Of a DNA stretch of 26,964 bases, positions 1-11,738 are shown piece by piece. The position numbers were made by a program, and so were the translations under genes. Numbering within the stretch: the first letter of the stretch is position 1; each line of letters opens with the position of its first letter. The notes below the pieces were generated by a model. It saw only the letters and a list, made by a program, of their open reading frames with translations. It was not told the DNA's origin and searched no databases. The stretch lies in assembly GCA_043228905.1 (NCBI GenBank), contig JBHGNT010000417.1, positions 1 through 26,964 on the forward strand, read 5' to 3'. This stretch comes from Azolla caroliniana (taxonomy: Eukaryota; Plantae; Polypodiophyta).

Positions 1-1169
1 GCAGGCAAAGAAGCAGAACTCAAAAGCAAGCTGGAGGAATACGCAGCCACAGTGGCAGAGAAAGAGAAGGAGGTCCTAGACCTACAGGCCGCGCTCAACA
101 ATGCGAAAGACTGGAACCACCGGCAGGAGGAAAGAAATCGCCAACGGGAGGAGAGAATGATCACGGAGAATGCCGAGCTGCAGAGTCAGCGTACGACCCT
201 TAAAGAAATGGTTGACGAGTTTTTCATCAAATGCAAGCTACTTTCGGAGCAAAAAGACGAATTATCTGATTCCTACCTCGCCCTACAAGAAGAGAGAATC
301 GTCGAACGGGAACAAGTCCGGGCCGCGTGTCAAAAAGAATGGGAGAAAGCTACCGAAGAGCTCACCAAGCATTACGAGCAGTCTATCCAGCTCGTAACCA
401 CGGACGCAAAGAACACTCAAGCCACCTATGAACTACTCGCAAAGAAGCTTCAGGCCGAGGTCAACGACTTAAAAGAGGAATTGGCAGCCGTCCGAGCACA
501 GCCCGGCATGGATGAGACACCCATCAGAATACTGATCGAGAAATAGCGCCAACACCTCACCAAAAAGGTCAAGGAAACATTAAGTCGCGTAGGAGAAGAA
601 TGGGCAGCCCAAGCTGCCGAATTGCATATTTTAAGCCGACGCCGAGAATCGACGGAAGGAGGGCCGCGGCTTTTACAAAATGGACGAAGGGCAGCATACA
701 AAACCTCCGTGCAGATTTAACCGAGGATTACCAGTCCTTGGCGAAATCTCACACCGCAGCAATCAAGCAAATGCTGGAAGACTTCAATGACGATCAGATG
801 TTGTTTCGCTTGGAAGCAGAACCCCTCGAACGAGAACGGCTCGCAGCCATCCCAACCAACCCTCCAACGGCCACAGATTAGAAGGAAGAACCTCCCAGCG
901 AGGAGATCACGGACACGGCACAGAAGGAACTCGCCCCGGCCAACAGACCTCCCGAGGACGCCCACACGGTACCAAATCTAGTCGAAGTAGAGGTCAGCCC
1001 CCTCGAACCCACACCACCACCAGACGAATCGGCTGCACCTGAGGCGGACGCCCGAGAGGATATGACACCCCCGGACCAAACTCAACCCCCCGCACCGACA
1101 GTCCAACCAGACCACCCTGCCACCACCCCGGACCCCGAAAACATCCTCGACATCTTAGAAGAGGAATGA
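1..1169 (+). pseudogene. Degenerate extra ORF (long coiled coil plus Pro/Glu/Thr-rich tail), antisense to element A
   Basis: ORFs 52-546 and 600-881 join through TAG 544-546, one frameshift near 600-640 and TAG 879-881, then read open to ...PDPENILDILEEE-TGA at 1169. The N-terminal part is E/K/Q/L-rich and heptad-like. Confidence 0.7.
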
Positions 1170-1248
1170 AACGAGGATCACGCCTAAAAGGCAATTTTTG
1201 TAATGTTGTTAGTATTTTGTAAGTCGTGGGTCCGACGGACAAGGTCCT

Positions 1249-1265
1249 GTCCCACGGGCGTGCCA
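1249..1265 (-). promoter_or_regulatory. Primer-binding site of element A (tRNA-Arg UCU)
   Basis: TGGCACGCCCGTGGGAC versus recalled tRNA complement TGGCACGCCCGGTGGGAC (1-nt gap), 2 nt from the LTR terminal CA. Confidence 0.75.
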
Positions 1266-1267
1266 GG

Positions 1268-1764
1268 TGTTGTCTAGAGGACAGAAATGTAAATTAGGAA
1301 ATTAGCAAACGGCGGTAGTGTAACTGAGTAGGAAAGAACGCCAGTGAGCGCCGAGTCCGAGTATCACGGGCCACCGACGGCTCGGCTGTGTATTAGGGGA
1401 AACGTTATTTAAACAAGGTCGAGTACCTTAGAGAGGGGGATAAAAAGTATAGGCGGAAGCACTAGCAAATTCCATCGTAATTAGATACTATTGTAAGGTC
1501 ACCGGCCGTAGGCCGCGCTCTATAACCCTTTTGCTGTCGCATTAATACATATCTGTTATTGTGCCCATCTTGCTCCATGAGTCTGTGTTTTCTCTCATGT
1601 TTCTGAATTAAGCGCCGTCCACACTTATCAAGATCTCACTAGTGTTCCATCTCGGATTATTTTCTACCTCACGACGCCTCTGTTTACGAGCCTTCACGTA
1701 ACACATCCTTTGCTACCGATAACCTCAGGTCTATCGAAGGTGTCACCCAAAGGAACGGGTAACA
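1268..1764 (-). repeat. 5' LTR of element A (497 bp)
   Basis: TGTT...AACA terminal inverted repeat, PBS on the inner side, PPR junction on the outer side (candidate TSD CTATG 1765-1769). Partner LTR is not in the window. Confidence 0.7.
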
Positions 1765-2215
1765 CTATGCGTACTAATTATGGAAGAGCCCACTTGAACA
1801 CTAGAGCAATAACCATTTTGGCGAGCATGTTCATGTATCTTCTTTCCTTCCTCAACAGAATCTATGGTAGCAGAAGCTTTGAAGAGGCAAACAAATGTAT
1901 AATGGGTTGGTTGAACACCATCGTCAATCATAGATTGATAAGCTTCAAGGGCAAATTGTCCTTCTTGGTTCTCTATACATGTAGATATAATGAATGTCCA
2001 TGTGAAATCATTCCGACATGATAACTTTGTGGATATCTCGTATGCATGGTTTACATCCCCACATGCTACTGATGTCTTCACCATGTGTTGACCCATGTAT
2101 GCATCCATATCAACATTATGAACTTTGAAGGACCATATGGGTATATATATGATTAGCATGATGAAGAGCCTTTCTCTACAACATGCTTTGAGCAAAGTAA
2201 TGTAAGCCTTATCAG
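1765..2215 (-). pseudogene. PLS-class pentatricopeptide repeat (PPR) gene fragment, disrupted
   Basis: PPR motifs ACGDVNHAYEIS..RNDFTWTFIISTC, ALEAYQSMIDDGVQPTHYTFVCLFKAS, VEEGKKIHEH, VGSSIISTHS (decayed VGSSLISMYS). Frameshifts near the N-terminus; cut by the element A LTR before the expected KCG. Confidence 0.85.
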
Positions 2216-2561
2216 ATTATGAAGATTATGCATTTTGGATGTTTGTTACTAGAATTTATGAAAAAATGCATATGGCTATTAAGAAAGTAATGTGATATTT
2301 GCAATGTTATTAACTTTTTTATCTTTAAAAAAAGTTTTACCTTCAATAGACCAAAATAAAGTAAAAAGAAAGAAAACAGATTGGATAGAAGAACCCATTC
2401 CACCCGACCATCCCGGTGCTATGATCTAGACATAGCCAACTTACCACCGACGTCCCATACCGCCGGATATTAGGATGACTAATACCTTGAAAGCGATAAA
2501 TACGATCATCGTGACAAAATCCTAGCCCGCACCACCGGTGTCTAAGACAACAACCTTCCGA

Positions 2562-2798
2562 TGTAATGTGCTTATGAGGGTAGCTAAGCCTCATATTTAT
2601 ACCTCTTCCTAGGCCCCTTGAATAGATGTGCCTTTCTAAAAGGTTCTCCATTCATTGGTTGTCCAAATCATGATAGTGCATGCACCTATCATTCCTTCTA
2701 TCCAATCACATTGGTCCTCTCTTTAACATTAGTGAACATACCCTTCACTTATGTAAATATTAGTGACCTACTCTCACCTACGTTATGTGTGCATAACA
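2562..2798 (-). repeat. 3' LTR of element B
   Basis: Starts TGTTATG right after the PPT and ends ATTACA at 2562. Only weak similarity to the stub at 11121-11146, so the outer end is tentative. Confidence 0.6.
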
Positions 2799-2812
2799 TA
2801 CTCCCCTACTTC
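2799..2812 (-). promoter_or_regulatory. Polypurine tract of element B
   Basis: GAAGTAGGGGAGTA region (minus strand) immediately before TG, just after the chromodomain. Confidence 0.7.
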
Positions 2813-2847
2813 AAAAGATTGCACTCTTGCAATATAAAATGAGGAAA

Positions 2848-3727
2848 TTATGCCTTAAGAGTATGCTCGCGTTCCCATGTGGCATCATCAATAGGTTTAT
2901 CCATCCATTTGATCTTGAATAGCTGAATCTCTTTAGAACATAAACGTTTAGTATGAGAATCAAGATTTTGGTCAACAACATGAGGTTTGTAAGAAAAATC
3001 CTCTAATGTTACAAGATCTTGGATTGTGATGGTGTTATCACTAGAGCCTAAAAATGGTTTTAGACAGCTGATGTGAAAAACGGGATGAATACCAATATGC
3101 AACATTTGGTTCATGTCTTGCAAAAAATTGTGTGTACTGTCTAATGTGTCACGACATCGACTAGGGCATGTGGTTGAAAACCATACATCAACATAAAAGG
3201 ACTATATCTTGTGGATGTATGTTTAGAGCTATTATAGGCAAGTTCTAAGATAGGAAGGTATTGCTCCCACTTAGAAGGGGTTTTTGCTACATAAACTCAA
3301 ATCATGTCCTCAATAATTTGATTAACTCGTTCAATTTGTCCATCAGATTGTGGATGATCTGTGGAACTCATGCTCAACGTAGTTTCTAGTTTCTTAAAGA
3401 CTTGAGTCCAAAAGTCACTAGTAAACTTGGAATCTCTATCACTAACAATATCCATCAGTAATCCATAAAAATGAAATAACTCATCAACAAATTGATAAGC
3501 CAATTGTTGAGCGGTTACTGTGGTTTTGGTAGGAATAAATCTAGCCAATTTTGTTAGTCGGTCAACGACAACCCAAATGGCATCTTGACCCCTTTGTGTA
3601 TGAGGTAAACTAACAATAAAATCCATCGAGATACTTTCCCATTTGTTGTTGGGAATATCTAAAGGATGTAAAAGACTAGCAACTTTAAGTCATTCCGACT
3701 TATTAATCTTACATTGTAAGCATTGAG
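2848..3727 (-). pseudogene. Element B integrase plus chromodomain (partial)
   Basis: CLQCK, KWESISMDFIVSLP, VVVDRLTKLARF, IVSDRDSKFTSDFW, HPQSDGQIERVN, IHPVFHISCLK and chromodomain FKIKWMDKPIDDATWE; stops and a deletion near 3095. Confidence 0.93.
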
Positions 3728-4944
3728 TCCTCGACAATGCGAATTTGATGATAATTGGTTCGTAAGTCAATTTTCGTAAAATATCGGACCCCATGCAAAC
3801 GATCAATCAAATCATCAGCACGAGGTAACGGATATGCATTTTTAATTGTTAGTCTATTCAAACGGCGATAGTTAATACACATTTGCTATGAACCTTCCTT
3901 CTTCTTAACTAAAAGAATTGGCGCACCCCAAGGTGATTTACTATACCTAATGTGGCCCATACTGAAGTATTCCTTAAGTTCTTTAGCGATCTCATCTTCT
4001 TCTAATCGACTAAGTCAATAAGGTGGAATGCTCACAGGAGTAGCATCGGGAATGGGTTCAATCTGATGGTCCACATTACATTGTGGTGGTAAAGTAAGCA
4101 ACAATTCATTATGAAACATGTCTTGAAAATCATCTAAAATAGAGTCGAGTAATTGCGTGGCTTCAAGTTTAAAATAATAAAATTGAATTGTTGGATCAAT
4201 TACACACGAATAAATTGATGAAATAGAATACTCACTTAAAGATTTATAAGACAAAAGTGAACGAGAAGGAAGTTTGGAACATTGAATAAAATGTTTACAA
4301 TTATTAAGTTCAAATGTGATCGAGTGATTAACCCAATCAATGGACAAAGAAGGGTTTTTATTAAAAAACCGTGGGTATCCTAAAATAACATCTACGGATT
4401 GTAGTTTCATAACATGAAAGTCAAGCTTCTCCAGATAGGTATCTATTTGAATTGGCAGTTGATAAACAATGCCATTGATGTATTGAACGCCTCCATTTGC
4501 CATGTGAACTTGATAGATATGATCACTTGCGTTTATGTGGAGTTGCATTTGTTGCACCAAGTGATCATTAAGAAAATTGTGAGAACTACCAAAATCAAAC
4601 AAGAAATGTGCTTGTGTTCCATTGATATACCCGACTGCTCGGAGTAAATCATTAGGTTCAAGTAAATGTGAAGGAAAAGTGGATTCACATGAACTTCAAT
4701 AACATCAAAAGACTCACTTGTGTGACTCGTAAATTTGTCTGGAGGAGGGTTATTCATTGACTTCATCTCAAGACGATGATAGGTATCCTTTGTGGCCCCG
4801 ATTCTTGTAATATGCATAGAAGAGGTTCGGTTTCTTTGAGTCGTAGTCAAGAGTGTCATTGGATTGCTTACGTTTCCCAATGAACTTGACATTCGGAGTT
4901 TTGGCGAACTTAAGTTTATTGTGGTCTTTCTTGGAATTCCTATG
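3728..4944 (-). pseudogene. Element B gag C-terminus, aspartic protease and N-terminal RT
   Basis: FLFDFGSSHNF (decayed DSG), [58 protein letters not shown] then fuses directly to the integrase Zn finger. Confidence 0.9.
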
Positions 4945-5325
4945 TGTTAAGAAACAAGCTCAACAAAAGCATGTGATCCTCATTAGAAAATGAGATCTTC
5001 TAAAGTAGCTATTAGGAAATTAGCTACTAGTGGACATATAAGTAAAACAACTATTTAGCTATTCACAACTAATTAGCTAGTCACAACTAATTAGTTGCAT
5101 ATGTAAGTCACTTATAACTTAGGTAAAAAAAGTACGAGAGGAGTTGTAAGAAGAGAAGAAGAAAACATACGAGAGAGGTTCTCTCTGTGTAAATGAAATC
5201 GAAGCTTTTGGGTTGCGACAGGGGTAAGTCTCCTTCCCCCTTCTTTTTCTGTCTTGCGCACACTAAACGATCCAGCACATCATGATTCCTTGTGCACAAA
5301 GAAGATTCGGGGTGCCTTCGTAACA
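4945..5325 (+). repeat. 5' LTR of copia C (381 bp)
   Basis: TGTTAAG...TAACA; direct repeat of 9783-10145 with about 21 substitutions and an extra 18-bp tandem unit. Confidence 0.97.
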
Positions 5326-5336
5326 TGGTATCAGAG
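5326..5336 (+). promoter_or_regulatory. PBS (tRNA-iMet) of copia C
   Basis: TGGTATCAGAG directly after the LTR CA. Confidence 0.95.
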
Positions 5337-5455
5337 TAGAGTTGCTCGTAAAGAGGAACAGTACAAATCTGAGAAGTTTGCTTCTGGTTGTTGGTCTCAA
5401 TCAGAGAGTTGTCTGTGAAGTTAATCGTAGCAAAAGCCCTAATTTGAAAGAGAGA

Positions 5456-8400
5456 ATGCAAGCCAAATAGTCATAGAAAAGTTGGACAAAAACAATTTCC
5501 CTAGGTGGAAATTCACAATGACAAATTTCTAGATGGATAAAAGATACTGGGATTACATTGAAGGAGACCTAGAAGAGGTTCCAGAGATCTCTGAAGAAAA
5601 TGCAACTTTGCACAGATTAAAGCATTTAAGGAATGGAATCAAGGGGCAAGGAAAGTATTGCATTGGTTGTCACTTAGCATCTCAGATTCAATGCTTGGAC
5701 ACATACCAGATCCTTTGCTTCCAAAAGAATCTTTGGACAGTTTGATACAACTACTTGTAGTAAACACAAAGGCTAGAAAGCTTTAGTTGAAGACTAAGCT
5801 AAATACCTTGGAAAACGGTAAGATGCCAGTTAATGAGTATGCTTTGAAAATAAAGAGCATATGTGAACCACTTGCTTCTATTAATGTAAAGGTAGAAGAT
5901 GATGATAAGGTGGAAATATGCTTAAGAGGCTTAGAACCTCAATATAAAAGCTTTAAAACATCTATTCTCACAAGGGATAGGATCCCAAGTTTTCCAGATC
6001 TAGTTTCGATGCTTGTAGTGGAAGAAAGAAATCAGATGGATGGATGATGTACACAAAGGAAACTCCGAGATTGAGGGGCAAGCCCTCTACAATAGTGTTG
6101 GAAGAGGCCATGGAAGATTTGGTTCAGCTAGAACCAACAATAATTATCAAGGAAGAGGACACCAAGCTACAAGTGGAAGAAACAACATCAGAGGTAGGGG
6201 GAACAATCGAGGTAGAGGTAAACAAACTTTTTTGAATGATGATGATTGTTGGTATTGTGGAAAACCAGGCCATACACATGCTGAATGCTATAAAAAGCAA
6301 AATGATGAAAAAAGAGGGAAGAGATAGCAAAATAACTATGCTTCAACTAGTGAAAACTGTGATAAAGAAGGTGCATTTATGATACAACATGAGACAAATG
6401 TTCACAAAGATGCAATGAAGAGTATATGTGGTATGTAGTTTTTGGGGCATCTAATCATATGATTGGACATCCAAATTGGTTTGAAAGTCTAAGAGAATCA
6501 GAGATTCTTGGTTATGTACAGACAGGTGATAATACCACTCATACAATCAAGCATGTTGGAGATATGCCATTGTGGGAAGAAAAAGGGAAAACAAAGTATA
6601 AGTTGAATGTTATGCATGTGCCAAACCTTGCAAAAAATTTGATTTCTGTTGAATAGATAGTAGAGCAAGGAATTCAAGTTAAGTTTAAGCAAAGTGAATG
6701 CTTTATAGAGAAACATGGAAAGCTTATTGCAAAAGGAAAACGACAAGGAAGAATGTTTGTGTTAGATGTGGATATGCCTAAAAAGATTACAACCATGTTT
6801 GTAGAAGGAATGAATGTAATCTCAGATGTGGAGATGTGGCATAAAAGAATTGGTCACATAAGTATGCAAACCTTGAAAATATATGTTTAGGAAAATGCAA
6901 TGACTGGACTTCCTAAGTTGAAAGACTGTGAGATGAACAAAATATGTGAAGCATGCCAATCTGGAAAGCAAAATAGGTTACCTTTCCCTCATGAAAGACA
7001 TGTAAGCAAAAATTTGTTGGATTTGGTACATACAGATGTATGGGAACCAACAAAAAATGCGTCAATTGGTGGTTGTAGGTTTTATGTAGCATTTATTGAT
7101 GATTGCTCAAGGAAAACATGGGTTTACTTCATGAAAGAGAAAAGTGAAGTATTTGATTTCTTTCGTAAGTTTAAATGCATGGTAGAAAAGTAGGCTGAAA
7201 CTAGAACAACATGTTTAAGATATGATGGAGGAGGAGAATACTTCTCAAATGAATTTTCTAATTTTCTATGCAATCAAGGAATAAGGAGATAGTTCACATG
7301 TAGATATACTCCACAACAAAATGGAGTGGTTGAGAGAAAAAACAGAACTTTGGTGAACATAGCAAGGACCTTGATGACCGAAAAAAATATGCCATTGTAT
7401 TACTGGGCAGAAGCTGTAAACACAACAAACTTTATTCTAAATAGATGTATAACATCTAGAGTACATGAAGTAACTCCTGAAGAATGCTTCTATGGAAGGA
7501 AACCTAGTTTAGGACACTTAAAAGTGTTTGGATGCCTTGCCTATGTCCATGTACCTACTGAAGTAAGAAGTAAGCTTGATCCAAAAGCTTAAAAATGTGT
7601 TCTTGTTGGAGATTCAATAGAGCAAAAAGGGTATAGATGTTATAACCCGTTGAAAAAAAAGATTGTAGTGAGCCGTGATATAATATTTGATGAGTTGGGC
7701 AGTTGATACAACTCAAAAGAAAATGTAGAAACTGACGAAGACAATGAAAATGAAGATAGGAACAAATCTGAAAATGGAAGTGATAACCATGGAAATGGAA
7801 GCAATGTTGGACAACAAAGTTCAACATCAATAGAATGTACTGGACCATTTGAAAAATCTAGTAGTAAATCTGAATCAAATGCTTGGAGTGGAAAGAAGGC
7901 AAGACAAAAAAAATATGATGATAAAAAAGGAAAACAAAAGATGCCAAAATATGAAATGTTTGATGAAGGATCTAGAAACATGGAAGATGTAGATTCAGAT
8001 ACATCATTGGATGATGAGCTGGGTATACGAGCCTTGAAAATCCTTGGTATTGAGAAGGCAATGAAAGATGCAAATAAGAAATTGAGAAAATCAGAGAGAG
8101 AGAAAAAGTTTGTTGAAAGATTTGGTTATGATACAAACATGGCTATGCATTATGCATATATGTCTAAAGTGGTACAGATTCTTGATCCAAATAGTTTTGA
8201 TGAAGAAAAATCTGATAAGAAATGGGTGAATGCAATGCAAGAAGAAATAGATGCATTGGCTGAAAATAAAACATGGGATTTAGTAAAGTTACCAAAAGGA
8301 AAAAATGTTGTAGGTTGCAAATGGATCTACAAAACAAAGCATGATTCTAATGGGAATGTAAGTAGACATAAATCAAGACTTGTGGCAAAGGGATATGCCC

Positions 8401-9788
8401 AGATGCAAGGAATTGATTATGATGAAACATTTGCACCGGTTGCAAAAATGGCAACCTTGAGGACACTACTTACTATAAGTGTAGCCAAAAGATGGGTTCT
8501 GCACCACATGGATGTAAAAAATGCTTTTTTACATGGTAACTTGGAAGAGGAAGTATACATGTGTCAACCACCAGGATTTCAAGATAAGAAGCATCCAGAA
8601 TATGTTTGTAAGCTGAAAAAGGCTCTCTATGGACTGAAACAAGCACCGAGAGCATGACACAAAGAACTTTTAGAATCTTTGAAAAAATTTTCCTTCAAAA
8701 TATCAAAGGTTGATCCATCATTGTATATAAAGAAAATGAATGATTGCATTGTTGTGATTTTGATTTATGTTGATGATTTAATCATCAGAGGTGATTTTAT
8801 GGATGAAATAAATAAGCTAAAGAAAAATCTGGAAATGCAATTTTATATGAAGGATTTGGGAGAGTTGAGACACTTTCTTGGTATTGAGATGATTAGATCT
8901 GAAAGCGGTATATATATGTTGCAAAAACAGTATGCAACAACTATGTTGAAGAAGTATGGTATGCTTGGATGCAAACCTATTGTACCACTAGATAAGAATT
9001 GCAAATTGAGGGTTGATTTGGGAGCCAAAATAGAAGATGTAAACATGTACAGGTCTATGGTGGGCGGCCTCATATATTTGACTATAACCAGACATGATTT
9101 GAGTTATGTTGTTGGATTAGTCAACCAGTTTATGCTACAGCCAACAAAGCCACATTTGGACTGCATTAGAAGTATCTTGAGATATGTAAAAGCTATTCAG
9201 AACTATGGACTGTTTTACAGGGCTAATCTAGACATAAAGCTGGAAGGATATATAGATGTTGATTGGGTTGGAAGCCAAACTAATAGAAGATCCACAAGTG
9301 GATATATGTTTACATTGGGAAGTGCAGCTATTTCATGGAATAGCAAGAAACAAGCTATTGTTGCATTATCAAGTACTGAACCTGAATATAGAGGAGCTGC
9401 AATAGCTACTTCTGAAGAAGTATGGATAAGAAGATTGCTTGCTGATTTGGGAGAGTATATAGATGGTGCAGTCACAATTTGGTGTGACAATATGAGCAAC
9501 ATTCAACTCACAAAAAACCCAGTGTTCCATGCAAGAACAAAACACATTGAAGTGCATTATCACTTTGTTAGAGAAAAAGTGATTGATGGAGAAGTGAATC
9601 TGTTGTATGTAAGCACAAATCAACAAGTGGCTGATATTCTTACGAAGGGACTGAGCATAGAAAAACATAGACAGTTTTGAGACATGATGGAAGTTATAAG
9701 CATTGGTATGATAACTGAAAAGCATGAAGAAAAGAAGATTGAAGATGACCTCAAGAAAGGCTCAGTTGAGCTTGAGGGGGAGTGTTAA
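5456..9788 (+). pseudogene. Copia C gag-pol polyprotein pseudogene
   Basis: Zn knuckle CWYCGKPGHTHAEC, PR GASNHM, INT LDLVHTDVW and [48 protein letters not shown] and HARTKHIEVHYHFVRE; many stops and frameshifts. Confidence 0.96.
9769..9782 (+). promoter_or_regulatory. PPT of copia C
   Basis: AGCTTGAGGGGGAG immediately before the 3' LTR TG. Confidence 0.93.
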
Positions 9789-10145
9789 GAAACAAGCTCA
9801 ACAAAAGCATGTGATGCTCATTGGAAAATGAGATATTCTAAAGTAGCTATTAGGAAATTAGCTACTAGTGGACATATAAGTAAAACAACTATTTAGCTAT
9901 TCACAGCTAATTAGCTATATATGTAAGTCACTTATAACTTAGGTAAAAAAAGTATGAGAGGAGTTGTAAGAAGAGAAGAAGAAAACATACGAGAGAGGTT
10001 CTCTCTGTGTAAATGAAATAGAAGCTTTTGGGTTGCGATAGAGGTAAGTCTCCTTCCCCTTTCTTTTTCTGTCTTGAGCACACTAAACGATCCAACACAT
10101 CACGATCCGTTGTGCACAAAGAAGAGCCGGAGCGCTTTCGTAATA
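9783..10145 (+). repeat. 3' LTR of copia C (363 bp)
   Basis: Copy of 4945-5325; terminal CA mutated to TA. Confidence 0.96.
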
Positions 10146-10860
10146 GTATAGTACAGAAGTTCAATGTTGACGGCTTCCTCGAAAGTTGTGGGATCCTTGT
10201 CATGGACAATCCAATGGTAATCCCCATTGGGAATACCATTCAAAAAACAAGCGACAAACCATTTCTCATCCGTAAGTCCAAATTTTTGGATCTAGGTCCG
10301 AGCATGATGCACATAATCCTCGAGAGAGGTAAATGTCTTACTCGACAACGTGAGCAAGTGTTGCGCTTGTTCGGTTTGAGAAGGTGGCTGCAAGAACTGT
10401 TTCTTAAAAACATCAACGAAACCTTCCCAAGTTGTGGGTAAGTTCTTTTTAGTCCTTAGGCGCCGTGCCACCAAACAGGAACTCGACCACCTAACTCACA
10501 ACTGACATAACCAAATTTTATAACATCGGGCTTGGGATGGAGCTCAAAGTGAGGCTCCCAACGACCAAGCCAAGTGTTAATGACCTCCTCAGTTCTTTCT
10601 TTCTTATCTCCCTTGAATGGTGTGACTACGAAAGAAGGTTCACCTTCTTTGTTGGACTCAATAGTCAATTCTTGGAATTTCTTTTCCAAATCCATATTGG
10701 CTTGCCGCATTTCGGCCAATTGATTCAAGGTAGTAGTGAGCAATTGCTCAATAGTGATCTCAGCTTGTGTGCGAGATGCGGATTGGAGTTGAAAGGTCTC
10801 GGTCGAAGAGATCGCTCCAACAATGTTCAAAACTTGTTCAATGATGCAAGATGTGTGTAC
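10146..10860 (-). pseudogene. Element B gag (Retrotrans_gag-like)
   Basis: INTWLGRWEPHF, ELGGRVPVWW, PTTWEGFVDVFKKQFL, SLEDYV; same strand as the PR on the other side of copia C. Confidence 0.85.
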
Positions 10861-11106
10861 GCAATATAAATAAGGAGGTTCAAAAAATACACAAGCAAAA
10901 TCAATGCTTGAAATTTTGATTAGAAGAACTTTATCCAAGAAAGCATCTCACATCTTTACCCCTCTAGACATATGAGATGTGATTCAAGATCCGATAACTA
11001 TGGTAACACTATGGTGTTTTAAAAACCATGGGAGAAAACATAGCTAAGATGTCTTTCTCGGATCTCTATCTTGAATAATCATGGCGGCTCCCTGAGGCTC
11101 AACCAT

Positions 11107-11119
11107 AGTTCTAATATCA
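11107..11119 (-). promoter_or_regulatory. Degenerate PBS (tRNA-iMet) of element B
   Basis: TGATATTAGAACT versus TGGTATCAGAGCC, differing only by transitions; next to a CA LTR end at 11121. Confidence 0.55.
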
Positions 11120-11738
11120 ATGTAATTTCCTAGTTAGCCTTATATTAAAATGCCAACCTAACATGTATTGATATGGTCGAGAAAGTGTATTACGTGCAAA
11201 AATAAGTGCACTCGCAAGTAATATGCTAGTCTTGCGAGTAACAAGCAAATGGATGAAAAAAAGGAGAAAAAAAAGTCACTACATATAAGAGTCAAGAAGT
11301 GATGAAAACAAGGTTCAAAAAACCATGTGTTACCTACTAAACAAAAATGCCACAAATAAATGGATGGTGCGAGGTATGCACATATCCATCCCAATATGGT
11401 GATTGTAATTTGCACAATTGTGACATAAGCCACAAATGAATACAAATGGTGGTTGTGGTGTTCGCAAAGATGTAGTACTCAAATTTATGAGTAAAATATC
11501 AATAGGGAACTCGTGTGTTTTTAATCGAGTTCTAAGGCTCGATTACATGAGTTAAACCTAGATGACCCATTGGAAAAAATGGTTCAAAAAGCGGCATGAT
11601 GCCCACTCAATATGAAAAAATAGTTTACATGGAAGCGTTATAACATAGGTAAATGCACGTAATTACTTTAAACATGAAAAGTAATGGTAAAAAAATGAGA
11701 GTAAAGTGTGAGTGGGTAGATGACAATCACAAGAAAAT

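Larger units (their letters stand above)
1..1764 (-). mobile_element. Element A: 5' end of a Ty3/gypsy LTR retrotransposon (probably Tat-like), continues beyond window start
   Basis: On the minus strand TGTTACCC...GACAACA (1764 to 1268) is followed after 2 nt by TGGCACGCCCGTGGGAC, matching the plant tRNA-Arg(UCU) 3' end. Its outer edge cuts a PPR reading frame. No gag/pol in the window, so lineage rests on the PBS only. Confidence 0.7.
4945..10145 (+). mobile_element. Element C: full-length Ty1/copia LTR retrotransposon (inactive)
   Basis: Two LTRs, iMet PBS, PPT and gag-PR-INT-RT-RH order. Flanks CTATG/GTATA match only 3 of 5 as a TSD. Confidence 0.97.
2562..11150 (-). mobile_element. Element B: decayed Ty3/gypsy chromovirus, internally deleted, interrupted by copia C
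   Basis: Minus-strand order PBS, gag, [copia C], PR, RT, INT, chromodomain, PPT, LTR. The 5' LTR boundary is poorly defined. Confidence 0.85.

Noticed and set aside
1431-1440. GAGAGGGGGA as a plus-strand PPT, making 1441-1764 a 3' LTR
   Set aside because: No TG follows it; the minus-strand PBS plus TGTT/AACA termini give a better-supported model.
1758-1769. GGTAACACTATG also occurs at about 11002-11013, and CTATG also flanks copia C
   Set aside because: Short matches with no extended homology or structural logic; treated as chance.
2343-2561. GC-richer patch and small ORF next to the element B LTR
   Set aside because: No recognisable motif or boundaries.
5275-5325. Clustering of about half the copia C LTR mismatches in the last 50 bp, suggesting recombination
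   Set aside because: Mostly transitions in a CG-richer segment; methylation-driven decay is sufficient.
11150-11738. AT-rich segment as the element B 5' LTR or a 95-aa gene
   Set aside because: It does not align with 2562-2798 beyond about 25 bp, and the ORF is low-complexity with no motif.
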